Source: Barthelona sp. PAP020 (Eukaryota). Taken from it: DNA of 47,368 bases. Below are positions 39,761 through 47,368 of this stretch, in pieces. The first letter of the stretch is position 1. Each line of letters opens with the position of its first letter. The stretch lies in NCBI GenBank assembly GCA_040182905.1, contig JARQWU010000053.1:1-47368 (forward strand), in the 5' to 3' direction. The notes under the pieces are model-generated. The model was not told where the DNA came from, ran no database searches, and saw only the letters and a program-made list of their open reading frames with translations. The translations under genes were made by a program, and so were the position numbers.

Positions 39761-41314
39761 CTAAATAATATGTTTACGCAAAAGTTCAACGCTATCAACA
39801 TCCACATGAATTGGCTCTCTATCATAAAAAATAATATCAGGAAATAAAGTTTTAAATTTATTCAAAGAGATTCTATATTTGAAACAAATTTCACACAAAG
39901 GGTTCAAATAAATTAACTCTGTTGAAATAAATTTGATGAGAAGTAAAGCTAAAAGGTGACATAAATTGGTCTTTTCCTCCTCCATTTTTTGAGGTGTAAT
40001 TGTAACATCAACAAACAAGCTCATAAATGTTTGAAACGGTAATAAACCAACCATTTCCATTTCCAAAGGATTAGGTGGTCTTTTTTCAGGAGTTTCCGAA
40101 TGAAACTGTTGATAAGCAAAACGAATCTCATCCAAATCAAAATCTCGATCCATCAGGAAATCTATCAGTTTGTTAATTTCTCTCACAAATAATGTTGGAG
40201 CATTTTTCAAAAAAAATGAAGTTGGAAATAGTTGTAAACCAACAATATACATAGTCAAATAATATACACTTCTAAAGGCACGCAAAGAATTCAAATTTTT
40301 CAAACAAACGTTTAACATGTAGAAGAGAAAAGTACCATAGTAGCAATAAGCAATGCGATCAGATGGTGATTCATCCAATTTGATATAATGCACAGAAATA
40401 CATAAAATTGACAATTCCAACAACGGTCTACCAATTATTGAATTGCTTAAAATCTTATCGATATTCAAAATCACTGTTTTCAGGATATTTTCATCTGTAT
40501 GGTTAAAATTCCAGCCATATATAAAGTTTGCAATTAATAACTTATTAATTTCAGCATTTTTAAAAGGAATACTGGATAATTTCCTAAGATTGAAATCTTC
40601 AAGCAATTGCTTTCTACATATCTTTATATTACGCTTTGTTTGATTAAAAGGTGATTGAATTAATAACGCACGATAACAATACATTAATGCAGTTAAAGGT
40701 TTATCTTCTCTCAATGATATAACCGCCAACTGATTATAACTTTGACCTTGATGAGGCCAATATTTAATTGCCTTCAAATAATGTACTTTGATATCACTCC
40801 AATCTTTAAGTTCACGACTTTCACCAACATAACGATAAAGATCTCCCACACAACATTCCAAACGTGATGCCAAAATCAACGTATTAATTTCTTCTTCAGT
40901 TAAGTCTTCAATTGGACATCTTGTCATGGATGTTGTGAAATTAAATATTTGTGATAATGGGAGAATATCCAAAAGACTTCGAAAATATCCGTAACTCATT
41001 ATCACAAAACCTTCAAATGCACTTACACATCTATTCTTTCTTATATTATCTTCCATTTTCGTATATCTTTGATATAAATTCCGAAAATTAATAACTTCTT
41101 CATAAAAACAAATTCTCCATAATCTTGGTTCATAATCCAAAGCATATGTTGATGATTTTTCAAATAATTCCTTATATTTTTCTCTAAATATGATTTGTAG
41201 CTGTTTTTCTTCTTCATTGATTGCATCACCATCATTATCTTTAATGATTTTAAATTTTTCTTCTAAATCATCAAGTTCCTTTAATAACCCTTTCAATATT
41301 TCATTATCATTCAT
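39761..41314 (-). CDS. EST1/SMG5-7 family protein (14-3-3-like TPR domain, no evident PIN domain), 517 aa
   Basis: LWRICFY..I..FR, CCVGDLYRY, HYLKAIKYWPHQGQSYNQLAVI, ALMYCYRAL...PF..TKRNI. Confidence 0.88.
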   Translation of the reverse strand: MNDNEILKGLLKELDDLEEKFKIIKDNDGDAINEEEKQLQIIFREKYKELFEKSSTYALDYEPRLWRICFYEEVINFRNLYQRYTKMEDNIRKNRCVSAFEGFVIMSYGYFRSLLDILPLSQIFNFTTSMTRCPIEDLTEEEINTLILASRLECCVGDLYRYVGESRELKDWSDIKVHYLKAIKYWPHQGQSYNQLAVISLREDKPLTALMYCYRALLIQSPFNQTKRNIKICRKQLLEDFNLRKLSSIPFKNAEINKLLIANFIYGWNFNHTDENILKTVILNIDKILSNSIIGRPLLELSILCISVHYIKLDESPSDRIAYCYYGTFLFYMLNVCLKNLNSLRAFRSVYYLTMYIVGLQLFPTSFFLKNAPTLFVREINKLIDFLMDRDFDLDEIRFAYQQFHSETPEKRPPNPLEMEMVGLLPFQTFMSLFVDVTITPQKMEEEKTNLCHLLALLLIKFISTELIYLNPLCEICFKYRISLNKFKTLFPDIIFYDREPIHVDVDSVELLRKHII

Positions 41315-41547
41315 TTCTTCAACAATATCATAAATTAATATTGCAAATAAACAAATGAAGATTTTTTTCTTTCTTCTTTCTTGTTTTTCACTATATTATT
41401 TTGACATGACACATCTAAAATGCCTTTAAATAAATAAAAAAAACTCAAATTTAAAATACATTTACATATACAAATGAACCGTAATATACAAAAGTAATCA
41501 AAAATAATAAAAATAAAATAATAAATTTTAATGCCGAATAGTGATGA

Positions 41548-42936
41548 TTAGTAGCGATTTTTATTCTTTCTTGGAGTTTTAGAATACCTATAACCACCAC
41601 TATTATTTAAAAGATCTGAAAGCTTTCTTTGAATAACTTGGGGAATAGTATCAAGCATAGGATTAATCATGTCTCGAAATCTTTCCTTCAAATCATCATC
41701 TGCACAACGTATACATTTCTGAATAACATAGTTGGCAAATTGATGTCTGAGTAAATCAATGAACTTGGGATATTCCAAAAACTCGAGAATAATTTGGCGT
41801 TTGAAATCCCTGCTTAAATATGGTAAAGGAATGGTCTTTTCAATCACATTAGATGAACATTTTTGCAATGATAAAGCCACATATTGCCCCTTAAGAGAAT
41901 ATAATATGTCAAAAACGTCATGTTGTAACTCACTTTCGTCACTAGCCAAATTAAAAATAAATTGAACGACATAGTTACCAAACGGATGCACAACCAATTC
42001 TCTGACAGAAGGTTTTAAGTTGTTAATAATAGCTTCTTTTGTTTCAAGATCAGCATATTGAAGTGCTTTTTGCATTACACAACATCCATGACGGTCATAG
42101 GACAAAGAATTGGCCTTTTCAATACAAATATCATGTAAACTTTTCATGGACTCAGGAGATGCCACTTGAAACAATTTTTGAATCACATGATGGCCATTCG
42201 TATCTTGCATCAAAGAATAACCATCCGTTTCCAATGCACAAATAATATTGTCGAGCAAACATTGATTCGAACAATAATCAATCAATTTTTGTACAATACG
42301 AGTACCTTGAACATGCTTACATATCATAGGAAGACATGATGCCATCCCAAAAATAACGCTAGATAACAAAGATGAATCATGAGCAGAAAATTCCAAAAGA
42401 TTTTGAAACACGCTTTGCCCACTCGTATCATCCAACATTTTAATGGAGACTTCAGGCAAAACCTCAAGCAATATATCGCAAAGCAAAGAAATCTCATTCT
42501 CATCAATCAAACCTTGAATTACATGATAACTGTGCTCAACTAGAATCATATCAATAAGAACTTTGTTTGAATTTTCAACAACATCCGTATCCTCTAAAGG
42601 TTCATTGAAAATGTTTTCACTAGTATTATCCAAAACATTTCCAAGACCAGGAGGTTTAACATTAACTGTTTCATTATACTTAGGAATGGTAAAATCATTC
42701 TCAAAAGAGAATTGGGTGCCTCCGGAAAATCTGGCACTAAAATAATTTGAATCATCATAAAACGATAAACCAGATGGAAAAGAATTATTACTTTCCAATT
42801 GTTCTTCATTGTCGAACATAGGTGGGGCTGAAATAACACGGAAATCAAAAAAATCAGTTTCTAAGGGCAAATTATCATCAAAATCCACCATTGGTGGTAT
42901 TGTTGATGCTTCACTCCCATCGGTGAAATTATTCAT
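41548..42936 (-). CDS. Pumilio/PUF RNA-binding protein, 462 aa
   Basis: About eight Puf repeats: GQSVFQ, GTRIVQK, GHHVIQK, GCCVMQK, GNYVVQF, SSNVIEK, ANYVIQK. Confidence 0.93.
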   Translation of the reverse strand: MNNFTDGSEASTIPPMVDFDDNLPLETDFFDFRVISAPPMFDNEEQLESNNSFPSGLSFYDDSNYFSARFSGGTQFSFENDFTIPKYNETVNVKPPGLGNVLDNTSENIFNEPLEDTDVVENSNKVLIDMILVEHSYHVIQGLIDENEISLLCDILLEVLPEVSIKMLDDTSGQSVFQNLLEFSAHDSSLLSSVIFGMASCLPMICKHVQGTRIVQKLIDYCSNQCLLDNIICALETDGYSLMQDTNGHHVIQKLFQVASPESMKSLHDICIEKANSLSYDRHGCCVMQKALQYADLETKEAIINNLKPSVRELVVHPFGNYVVQFIFNLASDESELQHDVFDILYSLKGQYVALSLQKCSSNVIEKTIPLPYLSRDFKRQIILEFLEYPKFIDLLRHQFANYVIQKCIRCADDDLKERFRDMINPMLDTIPQVIQRKLSDLLNNSGGYRYSKTPRKNKNRY

Positions 42937-43248
42937 ACTTCAACAAATTCAAAAAGTATTGTTTTTTTAAATTTATCTTCATTTTTCTTTGTTTTTTAAT
43001 GTAAGACAAATATTGATTTGTTTCAATAATTCATTAAAATTGAACCATTCATTTATCAAACAATGAAAAAAATTTCACAACAAAAATTTTTTTTTATATT
43101 CATCATAAAACTCGCATAACAAAAAATTTTTCCTCAATCAATTAAATTTATTTAAATATGGATTAAAAAAAAAAAAGAAAAACATCTCAAAATTTTGGAA
43201 AAAATTTTCCGTTTTCATTTTACGCTTTTTCAGGTTGTACACATTCTA

Positions 43249-43687
43249 ATGAGGTATTTTCGATTACCATAACCTATTACTAACACTTAGAACCGAACCT
43301 TGCAGTTTCTCAGGTATTTTAACATATCCTGGTCATGGTATTGATTATGTCACACTTTCTCTTGATTTACTCCATTTTTCTGGAAATAAGTCTCGTTCTC
43401 TTTTCCATCAAGGTTACAATCCCCGTCGTATGGGTTGGACTGCTGGTTGGAGAAAAGACCATCCTAAGGCTGATCGTCTTATTAAGAAGAAAAGAACAAC
43501 TCGTAGACGTGTTCAAAAGATGTCCAAATTCATTTCTGGTGTTAATTTTGAAGATATTGTTGCTCGTCGCGAACAAGATGTTGAAATGCGTAAATTAGCT
43601 GCTGAAAAAGCTCAAAAGGAACGTGAAGTTAAGAAAACCGCCACCAAAAGAATTAAATTCAACATCCCCAAAGCTATGCGTCAATGA
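43249..43687 (+). CDS. RPL24: 60S ribosomal protein L24 (eL24), 133 aa; exons 43249-43253 and 43291-43687
   Basis: Spliced translation MRTEPCSFSGILTYPGHGIDYV...NPRRMGWTAGWRKDH...KKRTTRRRVQK...GVNFEDI. The ORF track captured only the last 85 aa. Confidence 0.93.
43254..43290 (+). other. 37-nt spliceosomal intron in RPL24 (within codon 2)
   Basis: GTATTT...TACTAACACTTAG; removal gives ATG AGA ACC GAA CCT TGC. Confidence 0.93.
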
Positions 43688-44415
43688 TTTTTTTGAAAAA
43701 ATTATTAACTCGGTTCCATAAATGAATTAGACCTTTAGTTTTTTTTTTTTTTTACCACAAATAAAGATAATTTGTCTTTTCTCTTTCCATCAATTCACAA
43801 TTGCCCTTTGAAAAATTGAAAGACTCTTGAAATGTAAAAAGATACCAATAATATGTTATAAACCACTCAACGGGTATTCATTCTGTTTATTAATAACCCA
43901 ATTTGAAGAACATTCACCTGTGAAAAATGAATGACTGCAATTTAGCTTTATTAATAAGCAGTTTTCTATTGTTTTATCCCTAGTATCAGATAATTGGTTT
44001 TGAAAGGCCACCTGAAATGAACTTAGCCAATTCATTCACTCCCACTCACTTAATTTGTGTGATAAATACCATCATATCAAAGCTAATGTGGATCAGAGTT
44101 CAAACACAACAAATGTTGAAAAATATCAAGGATCTTTCACTGCTATTCTGAAGAAATAAACCCAAAGTTGGCTGTAAAGCTCTCTATTTGAAATAAATAA
44201 CAAAATTAATCACAAAACTTTACAGAAGTATGGTTATCAAACAAATATGTAAACGAAACAAACACAGAACATTTATCACTTTTCTAATAAAGACTTGGAA
44301 CATGAAAATATTGAACACAAACACACTAAACATGAACAATAACATGTTGAAATCATCTCTATCGTGAGAAGTTGAATGAAAGAGAGTGAGTGTTGTTAAA
44401 AAGGAAAACACTGGA

Positions 44416-45879
44416 TCAATTGTAGAAGGGTTGCAGAAGCTCTACAATTTGGGTATGACCATTGGTTCAAGCAATATCCATTGAGGTGAATCAGTGATCA
44501 CTTTTGAGGTTGACATTGGTCCCATAATCCAAGAGCATTTTGGCAACATCAATATGCCCATTTTGACGATTAATGAACAATGGAGAAGTGCTATCATCTC
44601 TACACAAATTAATGTCCTCTCCATGACCACATTCGCAACTGACAAATAATGGCGACTCACCATTGTTCATACATAATTTGACATTGACCCCATGATCCAA
44701 GAGCATTTTGGCAACATCAAGATGACCTTTTTGACAACTAACAAATAATGGAGAAGCACCATCATTCATACATAAACTAACATCAGCGCCATGATCCAAG
44801 AGCATTTTGGCAACATTAAGATGACCATTTTGACAACTAACATATAATGGAGAAAATCTATCATTCGTACACAAACTAACATCAGCCCTAAAATCCAACA
44901 AAAACTCAACAATCTTCATATGCCCATAAAAAGCAGCTCCATACAATGTTGTCCTTCCTTGCTTACCCTGTTTGTTCACATCAACGCCAGCTTTGATACA
45001 CTGCTTGATAACCTCAAGATTACCATCAATCGCTGCATAATATATCGTCTTTGGAAGACCATTATCATCCAATCCATCCACATCGAACCCATTTGGAACA
45101 ACAACTTGATCCATAACATGCTTAATATAAGGGCCTATGACACTATGCATTGTGTCAACAAGCATCTTTAGATAATCAGTAATCAACTCAAATGATGGAC
45201 GATTGACAGGATCTTTATCCAAACACAACTTTACAATACCATGACCAGGAACCGAATCAATCATCTCGTCTGAATATGGCCATTTCCCATTTAGCAAATT
45301 TCTAAACACTCTACGATCATCAATGCCCTCAAAAGGACGAATACCTGTCATTACATAAATCATCATCACAGCAAACGCCCACACATCCACTGCCTTTCGA
45401 TTAATTTCGTCCTCGTTTTCCCAAACAAGTATTTCAGGAGCAACATATGCAACAGCACCAATCATTGAAACCATTGAAAAACTGTTGGCATCTTTCACAG
45501 TTCCAAAATCGCTCAAAGCAGGAATGAACTTCCCGTTCGCCCTTTTTAAAAGAATGTTGTTAGGCTTCAAATCGCCATGAACTAAACCACATTCGTGACA
45601 ATAATCCATTGTGGAAGCAACTTGCATGAGTATTGTGAGCTTTTCCAGTAACGAAAGGTTGGGAATTTCATGCTCTAGAACTGAATCACAAAATTCCATA
45701 ACTATCCCAATTTTACCATTAACTTCGGTTACACCATGAATTTGACGAATTCAAGGATGATTCAGTGCCATAGGAACGCATTCTTTGAGGAAATCATGCC
45801 TTTCCGGCTTCTTATGAAATAACTTGATTATGACAACAATCCCATATCTGTCAGCGGTGCTCAAAAATCCAAATGTTCA
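44416..45879 (-). pseudogene. Protein kinase-ankyrin repeat gene with four internal in-frame TGA codons; longest open segment 44491-45699
   Basis: One frame: *TFGFLSTADRYGIVVIIKLF...LNHP*IRQIHG...VMEFCD...HGDLKPNN...DFG...APE...ankyrin repeats...KSDH*FTSMDIA*TNGHTQIVELLQPFYN*. Internal TGA at 45877-79, 45751-53, 44491-93 and 44467-69. No in-frame ATG upstream of the Gly-rich loop. Confidence 0.8.
44527..44900 (-). repeat. 99-bp tandem ankyrin-coding repeats with a 30-bp in-frame deletion
   Basis: ATCCAAGAGCATTTTGGCAACAT recurs at 44527, 44695 and 44794 (spacings 168 = 198-30, and 99). Confidence 0.85.
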
Positions 45880-46270
45880 CTTTTTTGAGTTGGTGCAAAA
45901 ATGAAGAATTTTTGATACAAGTAGATTATTTTGAACAAACCTAAAAAAAGAGTTTCTCAAAGTATTTGGTCACTATTATGTCTGATACAGCAAAAACCAG
46001 CAATTTTGTTTTCTTTTTAACAACATTTCTCATTTTCTGATTTGTACCAGGAAATTTTAATGGATAAAAACCTTTTGTTGAAACATAAACACTATCTTTC
46101 TTCATTTATCAAGAGTCTTTCTCAGTGGATATTTTCTTGATTGTGTTTGCTATTTTTTGACAACTTTTCAAAAACACATATTGTTTTGAGATAAAGATAA
46201 CCTGATATCAAGGAATTGTTGAATAATTGAAAACAAAATTAGCTGAATTCTTTTTTATTTTGAATATGAT

Positions 46271-47368
46271 ATGCGATTCATGTTAAAACCCCTAATATTT
46301 TCAATATTATTTTTATTAATATCAAGTTTTGGGCTTGAATGGAACGTTATTGATATTTCATCTGAATATCCTAATAATTACATTATGTTGCATTCTTTAG
46401 ATTATATTAATCTTAATATTCGGAAAAACGAACCATTTGAATCGATATTTCAAGTAAAAGAAGGTGATTGTATATCATTTCAGAAAAAGCTTGGTTATTT
46501 TATGGATTTTGGAATTAATTTTTCATATATTAACTCTTCTGGAACATTTGATATAACAAATAGAGATTTTCTATATGTTAAATTCAATATTTCACTTTTA
46601 TCTGATTTGTATTTGAAGATTTCTTCTGATGGTGTAAAAATGGAAGTGACTGTATCTTTATATTGTGCAATTTTATTGAATACAAATATTGTTCTTTCTC
46701 TTTTTGATTCAGCAAGTGTTTTTGTTCCATCCAGAGATTCAGCAGGTATACCTGATGAAACTTCAGTACAATTTGTTCAAATGAAAACTTTTGATTTTGT
46801 TGAAGTGTTTGTTTTGATGCAAGGCTTTGAAATGAATTTGAAACATTCGTTAATTTCCAGGGAAGCTTTAGAGCTCTTTGAGACAGAAAATAAGCTCCTT
46901 ATTAATTTGCATACTTCTTATTTGTTCAATTCGTTATCTGCGAATGTTTCATATTTTATTTTTGAGGGATCTATTTTGCCAAAGTTTGATTTTAGCCTGA
47001 TAGATCATTTTCATGTGTTTTCTATTCCAAATTACCCATGCATTATTCAAGTAAATGCGCATATTTCGGATTCCGTTGTAAGTGGAATGAAAATCAAAGT
47101 TTCAGAAGGAACAATCAATTCATTACCAGGACATATTATTGTTGATGTTTTGCAAATTTTGTATGATTCTCCAGATAGAGACAATTTTCATAGTGTCACA
47201 ACCACTTTAATGAGTCCTGAATGGGTAAACCCTGGACTCTATTGGATTACTCATTCTGGAGGGACGGATTTTTGGCAAGCAAATATTAAAGGAAATTCTA
47301 AAAGATTATATTATCCGAATATATATTATTATGATGAAACTATTGCTACAGGATGTTTTAGGTTGAGT
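46271..47368 (+). CDS. Secreted or surface protein, 5' part (366 codons, runs off the right edge)
   Basis: Manual translation is stop-free from ATG 46271 to the end. Signal peptide MRFMLKPLIFSILFLLISSFG; several N-x-S/T sequons (NFS, NSS, NIS, NVS). Absent from the ORF track. Confidence 0.82.
   Translation, partial: MRFMLKPLIFSILFLLISSFGLEWNVIDISSEYPNNYIMLHSLDYINLNIRKNEPFESIFQVKEGDCISFQKKLGYFMDFGINFSYINSSGTFDITNRDFLYVKFNISLLSDLYLKISSDGVKMEVTVSLYCAILLNTNIVLSLFDSASVFVPSRDSAGIPDETSVQFVQMKTFDFVEVFVLMQGFEMNLKHSLISREALELFETENKLLINLHTSYLFNSLSANVSYFIFEGSILPKFDFSLIDHFHVFSIPNYPCIIQVNAHISDSVVSGMKIKVSEGTINSLPGHIIVDVLQILYDSPDRDNFHSVTTTLMSPEWVNPGLYWITHSGGTDFWQANIKGNSKRLYYPNIYYYDETIATGCFRLS

Noticed and set aside
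34906..43687. Functional gene cluster (NTMT1, U24, SMG7-like, PUF, RPL24: RNA and translation)
   Set aside because: Mixed orientations, interleaved with unrelated cytoskeletal genes. Such housekeeping neighbours are expected by chance in a compact genome.
3453..45171. Numerous 60-140-aa ORFs nested antisense or out of frame within long genes
   Set aside because: Shadow ORFs of the real coding strand with no independent motifs.
1000..45879. Genome-wide stop-codon reassignment suggested by in-frame TAA/TGA in three genes
   Set aside because: Conserved genes end at the expected place with TAA (SF3A3, NTMT1), TAG (DRG2) and TGA (VPS15, ENKUR, RPL24), and a 3883-aa ORF has no internal stop. The stops are confined to paralog-family copies.

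Overview
AT-rich, gene-dense eukaryotic nuclear DNA using the standard genetic code (intact genes end in TAA, TAG and TGA). It comes from a flagellated, intron-poor protist. The few introns end in a branch point closely fused to the 3' splice site (CTAAY-N4-5-AG), which suggests a metamonad-type organism (inference). About 19 protein-coding loci are present. Recognisable genes are DRG2, VPS15, SF3A3/Prp9, enkurin, NTMT1, RPL24, an EST1/SMG7-type protein, a PUF protein, a probable NAA35/Mak10 and a TTLL12-like protein lacking its ligase domain. Also present are two ARM-repeat proteins, an intronless 3883-aa TPR protein, a secreted poly-serine mini-protein and three disrupted members of expanded families (two paralogous kinases, one WD40). 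Non-coding features missed by the ORF track: tRNA-Leu(TAG); a U24/snR24 box C/D snoRNA whose box C directly abuts an apparent 5' splice site in a non-coding intron; and, in the one long intergenic region (1045-3304), a ~660-bp foldback palindrome plus four related structured elements, two on each strand, next to the tRNA. All family assignments come from motif recognition by eye; no searches were run.
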